A stretch of 64,000 nucleotides of DNA from Alphaproteobacteria bacterium. Lineage in GTDB: Bacteria > Pseudomonadota > Alphaproteobacteria > SP197. The stretch's first letter is position 1. The number at the start of each line of letters is the position of its first letter. Below the pieces are notes generated by a model. That model worked only from the letters and a program-made list of their open reading frames with translations. It had not been told where the DNA came from and did not search any database. Made by a program: the position numbers and the translations under genes. The DNA lies in the NCBI GenBank assembly GCA_964291265.2, contig OZ219747.1, positions 3,168,001 to 3,232,000 of the forward strand. Reading direction: 5' to 3'. Shown here piece after piece: positions 40,602 to 52,415 of this stretch.

Positions 40602-42449
40602 ATGGCATGGACTGGAAAGTTGCTGCGGGTCAACCTTTCCGAAGGCACCTGCGAGAGTGAGCCTCTCAACATGGAGTGGGCGCAGGCCTACCTCGGTCAG
40701 CGCGGTCTTGCGACCAAGTATCTCTGCGAGGAGATCGATCCCAAGGTCGATCCCCTGTCGCCGGAGAACAAGCTCATCATGACGACAGGCCCCCTGACCG
40801 GAACCTGCGCGTCGACGGCGGGCCGCTATTCCGTGGTGACCAAGGGCGCCCTGACGGGCGCCATCGCCTGCTCCAATTCCGGTGGTTTCTTCGGCAACGA
40901 GATGAAGAACGCCGGCTGGGACATGATCATTTTCGAGGGCAGGTCGCCGTCACCGGTCTACCTCCTGGTGCTTGATGGGGATGCCCGTCTCGTCGATGCC
41001 TCGAAACACTGGGGGACCTCGGTCTGGGATACCGAAGAAACCATCAAGCACGACCATAGCGATCCATTGATCCGGGTCGCCTCGATCGGTGTCTCGGGCG
41101 AAAAGGGCATCAAGTACGCCTGCATCGTGAACGACATGCACCGGGCGGCAGGACGTTCGGGCGTGGGTACGGTGATGGGTTCCAAGAACCTCAAGGCGGT
41201 TGCCATCCGCGGCACGCTGGGCGTCAGCGTCAAGGATCCCCGGCGCTTCATGGAAGCGACCGCTGCGGCCAAGAAAGTCCTTGCCGACAATCCGGTCACC
41301 GGGCAGGGGCTTCCTGCCATGGGAACCCAGGTTCTCATGAACGTCATCAACGAGACCGGAGCCCTGCCGACACGCAATCACCGTGATGTCCAGTTCGAGG
41401 GCGCCAACAGCATCTCGGCGGAGGCCATGGCCGAAGTGCGGGAGACGGATGGCAAGAAGAACCTCGTCACCAACGCGGCCTGCTTCGGCTGCACCATTGC
41501 CTGCGGCCGGGTCTCCGAGATCGACCGGACTCATTTTTCGGTGGCCGAGCGGCCCGAGTACCAGATCATCTCAGGCGGTCTCGAGTATGAGGCTGCCTGG
41601 GCGCTTGGTGCAGCCACCGGCGTTGACGATCTGGAAGCACTGACATTCGCCAACTTCATCTGCAACGAGCAGGGGCTTGACCCCATTTCGTTCGGCGCCA
41701 CGGTCGGCTCCGCCATGGAGCTGTTTGAGGAAGGTCTGATCACCACCGACGACACCGATGGGATCGAACTCAACTTCGGCAATGCCGCGGCACTGTGCAA
41801 GGTGGCGGAACTGACCGGCAAGGGTGAGGGCTTTGGCGCCGAGATCGGCCTGGGCTCGAAGTTGCTGTGCGAGAAACACGGCAGGCCCGAACTCTCGATG
41901 TCCGTCAAGGGCCAGGAGTTCCCGGCCTATGACAGCCGCGGAATTCAGGGCATGGGACTGACCTATGCCACCTCCAACCGCGGCGCCTGCCATCTCAGGA
42001 GCTACACGGTGGCCTCGGAGATCCTCGGCATCCCCGAGAAGACCGATCCCCTGGTGCCCGATGGCAAGGCGGGTCTGGTGCGTGCCTTCCAGGACGCCAC
42101 GGCGGCGGTCGACTCGACCGGCATGTGTGTCTTCACGACATTCGCCTGGACCCTCGAAGACTTCGCACCACAGGTGGATGCGGCCTGCGAGGGAGAGTGG
42201 ACCGCAGAACGCCTTCTTGAGACAGGTGAGAGGATCTGGAACCTTGAGCGGCGGTTCAACATCGCCGCCGGCTTTACCGGTGACGATGACAATCTTCCGC
42301 CGCGTCTCCTCAAGGATGCGGCGAAGACCGGTCCCGCCGAAGGGAAGGTCAACGGTCTCGAGACCATGCTGCCGGAGTACTACGAGGTTCGCGGCTGGAC
42401 GCCGGACGGCGTTCCGAGCAACGAGACCATTGCGCGCCTCGGCTTGTAG
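40602..42449 (+). CDS. aorB: Tungsten-type aldehyde:ferredoxin oxidoreductase catalytic subunit
   Basis: TGPLTG, AAGRSGVGTVMGSKNLKA, CFGCTIAC, LEYE, SNRGACH, YYEVRGW. Confidence 0.93.
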   Translation: MAWTGKLLRVNLSEGTCESEPLNMEWAQAYLGQRGLATKYLCEEIDPKVDPLSPENKLIMTTGPLTGTCASTAGRYSVVTKGALTGAIACSNSGGFFGNEMKNAGWDMIIFEGRSPSPVYLLVLDGDARLVDASKHWGTSVWDTEETIKHDHSDPLIRVASIGVSGEKGIKYACIVNDMHRAAGRSGVGTVMGSKNLKAVAIRGTLGVSVKDPRRFMEATAAAKKVLADNPVTGQGLPAMGTQVLMNVINETGALPTRNHRDVQFEGANSISAEAMAEVRETDGKKNLVTNAACFGCTIACGRVSEIDRTHFSVAERPEYQIISGGLEYEAAWALGAATGVDDLEALTFANFICNEQGLDPISFGATVGSAMELFEEGLITTDDTDGIELNFGNAAALCKVAELTGKGEGFGAEIGLGSKLLCEKHGRPELSMSVKGQEFPAYDSRGIQGMGLTYATSNRGACHLRSYTVASEILGIPEKTDPLVPDGKAGLVRAFQDATAAVDSTGMCVFTTFAWTLEDFAPQVDAACEGEWTAERLLETGERIWNLERRFNIAAGFTGDDDNLPPRLLKDAAKTGPAEGKVNGLETMLPEYYEVRGWTPDGVPSNETIARLGL

Positions 42450-42472
42450 ACTGCCGACAATCGGCTGATCCG

Positions 42473-42511
42473 GGCGGCCCCTTCCTGAAGCCGGGAAGGG
42501 GCCGCCTTATT
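42473..42511 (+). terminator. Intrinsic terminator after aorB
   Basis: Perfect 13-bp stem ggcggccccttcc/ggaaggggccgcc followed by ttatt. Confidence 0.75.
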
Positions 42512-42849
42512 CCTGGAGCTACTGTTCCGGGACCTGCTGTTCCAGGGCCTGCATGCCCCGTTTCTGGCGAACATTGGCGGCGCCCGACACGACTTACGCG
42601 TATCTGGCGGACCTCATGCCGGCATGGGCCGGATCGGTTCACCGCGATCTTCCAGGCCATTCGGCTGATGAAGGAAACGCCGTGACATGCCGTATCGAAG
42701 GTCTTCCGTGACACGAGTCGGAGACTTGCGGGGGGAAGTGCCGATGCTCCCACTCGAGAGCGAGTTTCCTTGACGATTTGCCTGCTGGCAATGCTGAGCC
42801 AGAGAGCTGTATCGCCGTGACTGTCACAAGACTTGCGCCATCGCACCCG

Positions 42850-43340
42850 AGGAGGGAGCGCAGCACACTCCAGGGAAGCGCCATGAACAAGACCCTCGCG
42901 CCGTTGAGGCGGTTCGGTTTCAATGGGTTTGTCGTTGTGGGTGATGTCGTCGCCGACCCAGTGAGTCGCGGGCGCACGGCGACAGCTTGCGGAGGGGAGG
43001 TTGCCGGTCGCGCAGTGGTTGATCCTGGCGTGAAGGACGAGGCAGTCACCGGAACCCATGGAATCATGACGATTTCGTGGTCATCGTCGATAGAGACCAG
43101 CCGGGCGGCAAGGGGCAGGTCTTCAAGTCGGCATGGCTGTCTTTCGGATCGAAGTGAAGCGATCGGCAGCGTTGGTCGCGCATCAGGTGGGAACCGCGCA
43201 CGTACCGCAACGCAGGCTCGACCGGAACCGGGGCGCCTGCGACATGACGGCCGACAAGGTCTGGGTCAGCATCGGGGATCGACCACGACACCGCGTCGAC
43301 CGCCGTGGGGAGCGTGCTGCGGTGGTGGTGGAGCATGGGC
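42850..43340 (-). pseudogene. Phytanoyl-CoA dioxygenase (PhyH)-like remnant
   Basis: VSWSIPD..LRYVRGSH and GDCLVLHARINHCATGN..RRAPATHWVGDD in different frames. Confidence 0.55.
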
Positions 43341-43688
43341 CGCTCCCTGTACCGGGTGTTGATGGCTGCACCTGATCACGGCCGACGGCGGAGGCTCCTG
43401 ACAGCAGCTGCAACCGGCTGTGGAATGTCGAGCTGCAGCGCCTGGCCGACGAACCCGGCCTGAAGCGCCGGTCGGGGATCGAACGACCATCCTCTCGGCG
43501 TTGAGGTCTGGACGAAGCAGATGAGGGCCCTGGACCGGCGTGGCGACGACTCTCCCACGGCGCATGGAACGACATCCTGATCAATGTGCTTTGACGAGAC
43601 GCCTTGCCGTCACCGCCGAAGGGATGCCGGGTAGATCAGGGAGTCGATCGAGGATGATTCAGCAGGGCAATCGTTCCCATGTCACTGA

Positions 43689-43778
43689 TGGCGGATGGGG
43701 TGGGATTCGAACCCACGAGACGCTGTGACGCCTGCCGGTTTTCAAGACCGGTGCCTTCAACCGCTCGGCCACCCATCC
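43689..43778 (-). tRNA. tRNA-Ser(TGA)
   Basis: GGATGGGTGGCCGAGCGGTTGAAGGC..CCGGT-CTTGAAA-ACCGG, long variable arm, GGTTCGAATCC, CCA; 90 nt. Confidence 0.96.
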
Positions 43779-43814
43779 GGAGAGCTGTTCCTTAAGGGGC
43801 GTGTGGCGCCGGGG

Positions 43815-44666
43815 TCAAGGTGAACGTCGCAGAAAGGCGATGAACAGCAGTGAGGTCGCGAACATGACGAGGCTGTAGGTCGCCGCCGGGATGACGACGG
43901 GACCCGCACCGAACAGAAGCACGGCAACAGCGATGGCAAGCGTGCCGTTCTGCAGGCCACACTCGATCGAAATGGCGATCCTCTGCGGTTTTCCCGATGC
44001 CAGGATTCCGGCAAGGCCCCAGGCGAGCGCCATCATGACGACGTTGAGCACGAGCGTGACGAGACCGGCGTCCGCGAAATAGGGAACGATGTTGTCACGC
44101 TCCTGGAAGATGGCTCCGACGAGGACCAGAACAAAGAGCACCGTCGCGATGCGTCGCGACCACGGTTCCACGGCCCGTGCCAGACCCTCGACGTAGCGGC
44201 GCAAGACAACACCGGCCAGGACGGGCAAGGTGACGATGACGAACACACTGACGGCCGTTTCGGTGACCGAGATGTCATCAGCTTCCATGGAGCCGATGAG
44301 ATGCCGATAGGACATGACCACCACCAGCGGAATGGTGATCACGCTGACGAGGCTGATGATGGCTGTCAGTGAAATCGACAGGGCCACGTCGCCACGGGCA
44401 AAGGAAGTCAGGAGATTGGACGTGACCCCGCCGGGAGCTGCGGCGATGATCATGACGCCAAGCGCGAGTTCAGGCGAAAGCGGCCACAGGCTGACCAGGA
44501 TCAGGGCAACAAGCGGCAGGAGAATGATCTGCGAGAAGGCGCCTGCCAAGAACTCCTTGGGTCGCTTCGCCACCCGTGCGAAGTCGTCGAAGGCAAGGCC
44601 CAGGCCCAGCGAGAACATGATGAACGCCAGGGCAATCGGAAGAATGATGTCAGTGACGATCCCCAT
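43815..44666 (-). CDS. Bile acid:sodium symporter (BASS) family transporter
   Basis: PGGVTSN, GDVALSISLT, IECGLQNGTLA. Confidence 0.92.
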   Translation of the reverse strand: MGIVTDIILPIALAFIMFSLGLGLAFDDFARVAKRPKEFLAGAFSQIILLPLVALILVSLWPLSPELALGVMIIAAAPGGVTSNLLTSFARGDVALSISLTAIISLVSVITIPLVVVMSYRHLIGSMEADDISVTETAVSVFVIVTLPVLAGVVLRRYVEGLARAVEPWSRRIATVLFVLVLVGAIFQERDNIVPYFADAGLVTLVLNVVMMALAWGLAGILASGKPQRIAISIECGLQNGTLAIAVAVLLFGAGPVVIPAATYSLVMFATSLLFIAFLRRSP

Positions 44667-44797
44667 GGCGCCCTCCGTCCTGCTGGTCGGATGCTAATGG
44701 AATGACAGTCTGTGGGCAACGCGTCGCTGTCATGAGCTTGTCGAAACGCCCGAGAACCGGCACACTCGCTCGCCGTCGCCGGCCTGACAGGAAAAGC

Positions 44798-45049
44798 ATG
44801 CGGATCACCTTCAAGCTCTTTGCCTCGTTGGCGCCCTATCTGCCCGACGACGCGTACAGGAATGCGGTTGCACTCGAAGTGGAAGAGGGCGCCACAATCG
44901 GTGCGGTCCTTGATCGTTGCGCCGTTCCACGTCAGATGTGCCATCTCGTGCTTGTCAACGGATTCTTCGTGCCACCCTCAGCACGCGACACACGGGTCCT
45001 CTCGGACGGTGATACCCTGGCCGCCTGGCCGCCCGTCGCCGGTGGGTGA
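44798..45049 (+). CDS. MoaD/ThiS family protein (AorD-like)
   Basis: MRITFKLFASL..HLVLVNG..DGDTLAAWPPVAGG. Confidence 0.88.
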   Translation: MRITFKLFASLAPYLPDDAYRNAVALEVEEGATIGAVLDRCAVPRQMCHLVLVNGFFVPPSARDTRVLSDGDTLAAWPPVAGG

Positions 45050-45341
45050 TGCCACGTCGCACGTGGTCGCAAAGGACATGGCGACCACTCCCGGAGAGTT
45101 CCATCGCCTGATTCCACGACTTGCCCAGGACATGGCGTGCGTTGCGAAAGAAGGACATGTGCGGATCGGAGGGGCCGGAAAGGGTGTCATGATCACCACC
45201 ACGGTTCTGGAGCCGCGCCGCATCGCCGGCCTTGTCCTTGAGCGGTGCCGTGTGGAATTGGCGTTCACGGGCATGGATGGCGGCGAGGTCGCCGAGTTCA
45301 TGGCGCGCTTCGACCGCGTCTACCACAAGGGGGGAGGATGA
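45042..45341 (+). CDS. Small AOR-associated protein ending in GGG (possibly AorE-like)
   Basis: [31 protein letters not shown]; overlaps MoaD stop; start uncertain (45042/45063/45078). Confidence 0.6.
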   Translation: MGDATSHVVAKDMATTPGEFHRLIPRLAQDMACVAKEGHVRIGGAGKGVMITTTVLEPRRIAGLVLERCRVELAFTGMDGGEVAEFMARFDRVYHKGGG

Positions 45342-46303
45342 GCCTGGACGAGTCGGCCGAGCCGCACGGCTGTCTTGCCGGGCATGGGTTCGCGGGCCGG
45401 CATCACCAGAACGCAATCAGGGTAGGGGGTGCGAACGGGGTGGTCGCCGTCATGGGCAATCAGCGTTGACTCTTCGGCGATGGTCTCGAATCCCTGGAAC
45501 GAGCGCACGAACCGGAATTCGTCAGTCTTGATGGTGACAGGATGGGTCACCTCGACAAAGACCTGCGGTTCATCATCTCCCCGAGACAGGTGGGTGTCGG
45601 CAAAACTGCCTGAGACAACGCCAAGGTGCCGGAGAAAGCGCAGTGACGTCTCAATGGCGATATCCGTCGCCTCGGTGTGGAAATGATAGCCGCACTCCAC
45701 AAGGCAGGCGCTTCTGGGGCTTTCGGGATCGTCGAATGCGGCAAAGTCCCGCACCCTCCTTCCGGCGTCGTGTCCACGATCCATGACGACATGGCGCGGC
45801 TTGCCGATGGCCGCCGCCAGGGCGCGGCCCTTCGCTCTCTGGCCGGCCAGCAGCATGGCGGGTTGCGGCAGATCAACCGAATGGATATCGAGGAGATGAT
45901 CGGCGGCTCCGAACACCGCGCGCATGGCCCGGGCACGGACGAGTTCCTGGCTCGTTCGCGGACCATCCAGAGTGCTCTGATCCCACAGTCGGTTGAAATC
46001 CTCGTCGACAAAGCGGGACGCATAGGGATTGGCGGCATCGAATGCCTCGTAGGCCGCGACATTCGCAAAGCTCAGGGTGAGCCGGCCACGGACCGGACGT
46101 ACCTCGTTCTCGAACAGGTATGCCAATGCGTGGGCGCCACACAGTTCATTGCCGTGTGTGAGTGCATTCACCATCACGTGGGGGCCGGGGAGACCGCTGT
46201 CGAAGGTGGTGATGTAATCGATGCCGGTGTTACCCTTGCGGTAAGCCGAGATGTCACAGGGCAGCAGACGCACATCGGGATGGGTCTCAATGCCGTTGCT
46301 CAT
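45320..46303 (-). CDS. Succinylglutamate desuccinylase/aspartoacylase (M14) family hydrolase
   Basis: [23 protein letters not shown]. Confidence 0.88.
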   Translation of the reverse strand: MSNGIETHPDVRLLPCDISAYRKGNTGIDYITTFDSGLPGPHVMVNALTHGNELCGAHALAYLFENEVRPVRGRLTLSFANVAAYEAFDAANPYASRFVDEDFNRLWDQSTLDGPRTSQELVRARAMRAVFGAADHLLDIHSVDLPQPAMLLAGQRAKGRALAAAIGKPRHVVMDRGHDAGRRVRDFAAFDDPESPRSACLVECGYHFHTEATDIAIETSLRFLRHLGVVSGSFADTHLSRGDDEPQVFVEVTHPVTIKTDEFRFVRSFQGFETIAEESTLIAHDGDHPVRTPYPDCVLVMPAREPMPGKTAVRLGRLVQAHPPPLW

Positions 46304-47067
46304 GTGATGAACTGCTCCTTGAGAATACGTTCCTCGAGATCGTGTTCGGGGTCGAACAGCAACCGCACGGAACGATTCCCGTCCGGCGCCACGTCAACCC
46401 TCACGACATCGCGCACCTCGGTGGAATCCGCAACCGCGCTGACAGGCCGCTTGACGTGATCGAGCACCTCGAAACCGACACCGGAATTGTCCGGCAGGAT
46501 GGCGCCCCTCCAACGACGAGGCCGGAAGGCACTGATCGGAGTCAGGGCCAGCGCGTGAGATCCGATAGGGAGGATGGGCCCGTGGGCGGAGAGATTGTAG
46601 GCGGTGCTGCCGGCGGCGGTGGCGACCATGACGCCATCGCACATCAGTTCGTCCATGCGCACGATTTCATCGATGCGGATCCGTATCTTCGCCGTCTGGC
46701 TTGTTTCGCGGAACAGCGACACCTCATTGATGGCCACGGCCTCGTGGCGAACTCCTCCGACGTCGATGGCGGTCATGGACAGGGGTTTCAGGACCGTCAT
46801 CCGGGCGGCGTCGAGTCGTTCGATCAGATCATGAGTCGCGAAGGTGTTCATCAGGAAGCCGATGGAACCACGATTCATGCCGTAGACCCCGACATCCCTG
46901 TCGAGATGGCGGTGCAGGGTCTCGAGCATGAAACCATCGCCACCCAGGGCAACGATGACCCTGGCATCATTGACGCTCGAGCAACCGTAGCGCGCGGCAA
47001 GCTCGTCACGTGCTTGCTGTGCCCTGACATCTGTTGATGCAACGAAGGCGATGTCCGGCCTTTCCAA
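46300..47067 (-). CDS. nadK: NAD kinase
   Basis: [30 protein letters not shown]; TTG start with GGGAGG RBS. Confidence 0.93.
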   Translation of the reverse strand: MERPDIAFVASTDVRAQQARDELAARYGCSSVNDARVIVALGGDGFMLETLHRHLDRDVGVYGMNRGSIGFLMNTFATHDLIERLDAARMTVLKPLSMTAIDVGGVRHEAVAINEVSLFRETSQTAKIRIRIDEIVRMDELMCDGVMVATAAGSTAYNLSAHGPILPIGSHALALTPISAFRPRRWRGAILPDNSGVGFEVLDHVKRPVSAVADSTEVRDVVRVDVAPDGNRSVRLLFDPEHDLEERILKEQFIT

Positions 47068-47238
47068 GACCCTGCCTCCCCGATGTCGTGAATGGCATCG
47101 ACCTGATGCCGGGGCAAGCGTTACAGGATGGCCCCGAGCGTGTCCATCGAAACAACGCGCCGGAAGAATTCGTCCTGCTTCCCAACGAGGCTCCGGCACC
47201 ATAGGTTCCGGTTGCTGCCGCCTCCGGAGCCCATCACC

Positions 47239-48021
47239 ATGCCGCGATTTGCTGCCAATCTCTCCACCATGTTCACGGAAGTTCCTCTTCGGGAACGGTT
47301 TGCCCTCGCTGCGGACGCGGGGTTCGAGGCCGTCGAGATCCAGGAGCCCTATGAACTGCCGGCCGAGACAGTTGTCAGGGAACTGAAGGAATGTGGTCTT
47401 GACCTGGTGCTGGTCAACTCGCCGGGCGGCGAGGCGGGACTGGCCGGCATTCCGGGTGTCGAGGGCGAGTTTGACGACTGTCTCAAGGTGGCGCTCGACT
47501 ATGCAGCCGTCACCGGTACCGGCCTTGTCCACGTTCTTTCCGGAATTCTCCCTCCGGCGACTGCCCTTGAAGCCTGCGAAGAGGCGCTCGTCGACAACCT
47601 CCGCCGAGCATCCGCCGAGGCATCCTCCCGGGGCATCACGCTTCTCGTCGAACCGATCAACGAGCGCGACCTTCCCGGGTACATCCTGACACGCCAGAAT
47701 CAGGCGAGACGCGTGGTCGAGGCCGTGGATCGGGCGAATGTCAGAATCCAGTTCGACTTCTACCACTGTCAGGTCAGTGAGGGAGACCTCTCCCGCCACT
47801 TCACGGAACAGATGCCGTTGCTCGGACATGTCCAGATCTCGGACAACCCGGGCCGTCATGAACCGGGCACCGGTGAAATCAATCACGACTGGATCTTCGA
47901 CCTGATCGACCGCAGCGGATACAGGGGCTGGGTGGGGGCGGAGTACGTTCCCGCCGGCGCCACGCTGGAGGGCCTCGGCTGGTTTGCGCCATGGCGCCGC
48001 CGCAGGCCCCTGTATCCCTAA
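47239..48021 (+). CDS. hyi: Hydroxypyruvate isomerase family protein
   Basis: [39 protein letters not shown]. Confidence 0.85.
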   Translation: MPRFAANLSTMFTEVPLRERFALAADAGFEAVEIQEPYELPAETVVRELKECGLDLVLVNSPGGEAGLAGIPGVEGEFDDCLKVALDYAAVTGTGLVHVLSGILPPATALEACEEALVDNLRRASAEASSRGITLLVEPINERDLPGYILTRQNQARRVVEAVDRANVRIQFDFYHCQVSEGDLSRHFTEQMPLLGHVQISDNPGRHEPGTGEINHDWIFDLIDRSGYRGWVGAEYVPAGATLEGLGWFAPWRRRRPLYP

Positions 48022-49976
48022 ACGGAACAGCCTGCCTTCATGCCCTCGAGGACCGCTTCCTCGCAGGTTCTGGGATTGAGGCAGTCGCCGATCTCAAGGC
48101 ATGTTCCAGGCCAGTCCGCCAGACCTTCTGCAAGCGTGGTGTCGGGTGCATGACCGACTGCCGCGACAATCGTGTCGACCGACTCGATGAGAATGATCTC
48201 GTCCGACGTGACGTGCTGCAGCCAAGCGCCCGAGGAGTCGGCGCCGACGAGACGTACGTAAGGGATGACTTCGACGCCAAGACGGTTGAGCTCACCTGCC
48301 CAGCGGTCGCGCACGTACATCTGGATCATCTGGCCCGGCATGGTGCCATTGACTGCCAGGGTCACCTGGCATCCCTCCCGGGCGAGCTTTTCGGCCAGGC
48401 CAAGGCCCGTCCAGTCGCAGCGCCAGTCGGCGACCACGACCCGGGAACCGACCGAGGCCTCGCGACGGATGACCTGCCAAGCGTCCACAAGCATGATATG
48501 ACCATCGGTCTCGATGTCGGGAACCAGCGGTCGTGCACCTGCTGCCACGATCACGGTGTCGGCTTCCCAGTCCTCCAGGGTCTGTCGTGTCACCCTGGTA
48601 CCCAGTTTCACCTCCACTGCGTGACGGGCCATCTCCCGCTGAAGATTGGTCACGATTCCACCGAATTCGGCGCGTCCGGGCAACTCCTGGGCCAGCAGGA
48701 CCTGGCCTCCGAGGCGAAGTGACTGTTCGGCAAGAATGACCCGGTGGCCGCGTTCCGCAGCCACGGCTGAAGCCTTCATGCCTGCCGGCCCGCCGCCCGC
48801 CACGACCACGGTCCGCGACACCCTGGCCGGAGGCTTGTCAGTGTACTCCACTTCACGGCCGGTTTCCGGGTGCTGGATGCAGGAGATGCCGTGGCCGATC
48901 TGCATGTGACCGATACAGGCCTGATTGCAGGCAATGCATGCGCGGATATCGTCGACGCGCCCCGTGCGCGCCTTGGCGGCCATTTCGGGGTCGGCAATCT
49001 GCGCCCGTGTCATCCCTGTCATGTCGGCCTGGCCGGTGGCGAGGATGGTCTCCGCATCCTGGGGTTGATTGATCCTGCCGGCGACAAACACCGGGATCGG
49101 CACCAGCTGCTTCACGGTGGCGGCAAGGGGGGCAAGGTAGGCGGCCTCGATGTTCATCGGCGGAACCACGTGAATCGACCCTCCGAGACCCATCATGGAG
49201 CCGGCGATGACACTGATGTAGTCGAGTCCTCCGGCGTTTCCGGTCTGCCGGCACACCTCGAGCAGTTCCTCGGGGTCGTTGCCACCGGTCTGCATCTCGT
49301 CGCCGGAAATCCGCATACCGACGACCATCGCCGGGCCTGCATGGTCACGCACACAGGCGATGATTTCTTCAAGGAACCGCATGCGGTTCGTCAACGATCC
49401 GCCATAGGCATCCTGGCGCCTGTTCATGGCCGGATTGAGGAATTGCGCTGGAAGCAGGCTGTGGCTGGCGAGGATCTCGACCCCGTCCAGTCCCGCCTTC
49501 CTCATGCGTCCGGCAGCGGCGCCGTAGGCGTTGACGAGCTCGCCGATCATGGCGAGTGGCAGGGCGCGAGAGATGGTGTGGGAGCGCTGTGCCTTCACCT
49601 GGGAGGGGCCGAACGCGATGCCGTGACTGCCGTCGGGGGTCGTCACGCCATAGGCCCCGGAATGACCGAGCTGGCCAAAGATCATGCACTCGTGGCGATG
49701 CACGGCATCGGCGGTACGCCGGTAGGGAGGGATGCAGGCGTCACCGGAAGCATCGAGATTGCGCCACCCGCCGCTGGGATGGACCCTTGCCGACTCGGTG
49801 ATGATCAGGCCCGCTCCACCCCGTGCACGGGCCTCGTGATAGGCGGCAAAGCGATCGTCAGGCAACATGTCCGCGTCGAGCAGACAGGTCATGTGACCGG
49901 TCGAGAAGATGCGGTTGCGGAACGTGCACGGTCCGACGGCAAGGGGAGAAAAGAGAGTCGGGAAGCGCTCCGCCAT
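48018..49976 (-). CDS. NADH:flavin oxidoreductase (OYE-like TIM barrel plus FAD domain)
   Basis: [34 protein letters not shown]. Confidence 0.88.
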   Translation of the reverse strand: MAERFPTLFSPLAVGPCTFRNRIFSTGHMTCLLDADMLPDDRFAAYHEARARGGAGLIITESARVHPSGGWRNLDASGDACIPPYRRTADAVHRHECMIFGQLGHSGAYGVTTPDGSHGIAFGPSQVKAQRSHTISRALPLAMIGELVNAYGAAAGRMRKAGLDGVEILASHSLLPAQFLNPAMNRRQDAYGGSLTNRMRFLEEIIACVRDHAGPAMVVGMRISGDEMQTGGNDPEELLEVCRQTGNAGGLDYISVIAGSMMGLGGSIHVVPPMNIEAAYLAPLAATVKQLVPIPVFVAGRINQPQDAETILATGQADMTGMTRAQIADPEMAAKARTGRVDDIRACIACNQACIGHMQIGHGISCIQHPETGREVEYTDKPPARVSRTVVVAGGGPAGMKASAVAAERGHRVILAEQSLRLGGQVLLAQELPGRAEFGGIVTNLQREMARHAVEVKLGTRVTRQTLEDWEADTVIVAAGARPLVPDIETDGHIMLVDAWQVIRREASVGSRVVVADWRCDWTGLGLAEKLAREGCQVTLAVNGTMPGQMIQMYVRDRWAGELNRLGVEVIPYVRLVGADSSGAWLQHVTSDEIILIESVDTIVAAVGHAPDTTLAEGLADWPGTCLEIGDCLNPRTCEEAVLEGMKAGCSV

Positions 49977-49999
49977 GATGGCGCCGCTTCGCTCGCTGT

Positions 50000-50611
50000 T
50001 CAGGCGGCCTCGCGTTGACGCGTCCGGAAGGCGGCCACCACATCGTGACTGCTGCACCTTGCACCGTGCTGGAGATACTCCATCGCATTGAGAGAGGCAT
50101 CGTGGGCCTCGAAGCTGGATCCACCCACGCAGTCCTCGATGACATGGGCGTGATAGTCGTGCTGGTGCGCATCGACGAAGGTGTAGTGAACACAGACATC
50201 GGTCAGGCCGCCGCACAGGAACAGCGTATCGACCTTCAGTCCCTTCAGCAGGATTTCGAAGTCGGTCCCGAAGAAGGCGGAGTAGCGGCGTTTAGGGATC
50301 AGGTAGTCCACACCCTCGCGATAGGGTAGGCGGACGTGGATGCGCGTGCCCGGATGTCCCTCGACGCAGTGCACTCCCTCGTCACCGTCGAGTTCGCGTC
50401 CGAAATCCACGTGATCGGGCCGGTGCACCTCGATGATGTAGATGACAGGTACGTGGCTGGCACGCGCCGCCTCGACAAGCGGGATCACGCGGTCGATGCG
50501 CTCTTCCTCGCCTCCCATGCTGGGAATGCCGCCGTCATCGTCCTCCGGACGCCCGGTTCCCATGATGTCGACGATGACGAGGGCGGGGTTGCCTTCGCTC
50601 AGAGCTGCCAT
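50000..50611 (-). CDS. Isochorismatase-family cysteine hydrolase
   Basis: ALVIVD, KRRYSAFFGT, GGLTDVCV. Confidence 0.9.
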   Translation of the reverse strand: MAALSEGNPALVIVDIMGTGRPEDDDGGIPSMGGEEERIDRVIPLVEAARASHVPVIYIIEVHRPDHVDFGRELDGDEGVHCVEGHPGTRIHVRLPYREGVDYLIPKRRYSAFFGTDFEILLKGLKVDTLFLCGGLTDVCVHYTFVDAHQHDYHAHVIEDCVGGSSFEAHDASLNAMEYLQHGARCSSHDVVAAFRTRQREAA

Positions 50612-50640
50612 GCCGTCCTCCCCGGTGTCCTTGAGTGAAC

Positions 50641-51081
50641 TCACGATGCAAGTTCTACCCTGTCGCCAATGCTGATGGAACCGGACTTGAGAACCCGGCA
50701 GGTCACGCCGCCGCGCCAGTCGACGGCAAGGGCCTGACGCAAGCCTGTGGCCTGTTCTTCCATGCGAGCGCACGGATCGGTTTCACCCGTGACGGCGAGT
50801 TCGACATCACCGATACGGACGGTTCGGCCAAGCTGGCCCTCGACACGAAGACCGGCGATGAGAATGTTGGACCGTCGCGTTGTCCACGGCAGGCGTAGTC
50901 CCAATTCGGTGCATGCCGCATCCCAGCTTTCCCGGGTGAGGATGGTGACCTGCCGGTCGCCCGGTTCGCCGCGCAGATCGCCCTCGACCCCGGAATCGAC
51001 ACTGATCGTCGTTGTCTCGAGTTCCTCCATGGGCGCTCTCGATGCGCTACGCCGTGCCATGGCAAGTATGGTTCCAGGCAT
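50641..51081 (-). CDS. MOSC domain protein
   Basis: RQVT, RRSNI, TDPCARM, RGGVTCRVL..GSISIGD. Confidence 0.88.
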   Translation of the reverse strand: MPGTILAMARRSASRAPMEELETTTISVDSGVEGDLRGEPGDRQVTILTRESWDAACTELGLRLPWTTRRSNILIAGLRVEGQLGRTVRIGDVELAVTGETDPCARMEEQATGLRQALAVDWRGGVTCRVLKSGSISIGDRVELAS

Positions 51082-51171
51082 GTGTGCTCACTCTCCAGGA
51101 TGGGTGTTTTCTTGTGGCACGGACGAAGGCGGACGACAAGGAATCACGACTCAAGCGGGCCGGGATGGGCT

Positions 51172-52196
51172 ATGATGGACATGTCGGGGAAGGGCAAGCT
51201 GGTCATGGGGCGGTGCCCCCGTGGATTGCCGGAGGCGGACGATTTCAGGATTGTCGAGGAGCGTTCCGGCGACCCGGGTCCAGGCGATGTGCTGTCCCGC
51301 ACCGTCTACCTCTCCCTCGATCCCTACATGAGGGGCATGATGAACGATGCCGAGTCCTACGCAGGCCCGATGCAGATCGGGGACGTCATGATCGGCGGCA
51401 CGGTTGGCGTGGTGCTGGATTCCCGTCACAAGGCATTCAGCGCCGGTGACATGGTCGAAACCCAGGGCGGATGGCAGTCCCACGTCCTGGCGCACGGCCA
51501 CACGCTGCGGAAGGTTGATCCTTCCCTGGCGCCCGTCAGCACGGCGCTCGGGGTGCTGGGCATGCCGGGCCTCACGGCCTATCACGGCCTTGTCGATGCC
51601 TGCCGCCCGGCGGCCGGGGAGACCGTCTTCGTGTCTGCCGCATCCGGCGCCGTCGGCGCCACCGTCGGACAGGTTGCGAAGATTCTCCCCGTGTGACCGG
51701 ATGTGCGGGATCCGATGACAAGGTCGATTGGTGCCTCCAGGCTTGCGGATTTGATGCCTGCTTCAACCACCGGAATGTCACCGACCCGCAACGGGCCATC
51801 TCCGCCATGAATCCCGCAGGGATCGACATCAACTTCGAGAATGTCGGCGGCCCGATCGCGCGGGCGGCGATCATGAACCTCAACGAGCATGGTCGCATGG
51901 CGGTCTGCGGCACGATCTCGAACTACAATGCGAACGGCCAGGGCATGGTGGAGGACCATCTCTGGTGGCTCATTGTACGCCGCATCCGCATGGAGGGATT
52001 CCTGGTGACGGATTTCGCCAGGAAGCACGACGAAGCACGACGCAGACTGGCTGGCTGGATTGCCGAAGGCCGCTTGACGTGGCGCGAGGACATCGTGCAG
52101 GGGCTGGAGAATGCACCGGCGGCGTTCAATCGACTGTTCGACGGCAGCAATTTCGGCAAGCTGCTCGTCCAGGTGAGCGACAACCCGGTGGCTTGA
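51172..52196 (+). pseudogene. NADP-dependent oxidoreductase (CurA/YncB-like), split by one frameshift near 51685
   Basis: LSLDPYMRG..LGMPGLTAY..SAASGAVG continues in another frame as GCAGSDDKV..FENVGG..NFGKLLV. Confidence 0.8.
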
Positions 52197-52415
52197 CCTG
52201 ACACGGTGGTCGTCAGCCTTGCTCTGACTTACCCGACGGGCGCCGTCATGGTCCCGGACCCTCGACCACGCCCATGGCGCTGGACCACCGGACTGTCGTC
52301 AACGTGACTGCATGCCGACACGGTGGCGCAAGGGCTCATGCCCAGCTTGTGCGGTTGCGCCGGAGCCGCGCCGACTGCATGGTGGGATGGTCTGTTGACC
52401 TGGAGTTCTCCCGCC

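Noticed and set aside
43689-43778. Selenocysteine tRNA
   Set aside because: Anticodon is TGA (reads UCA, Ser), not TCA; standard 7-bp acceptor stem.
17999-43778. Single tRNA-integrated island between tRNA-Val and tRNA-Ser
   Set aside because: No duplicated tRNA 3' end (att) found by eye and no tyrosine or serine integrase in the window.
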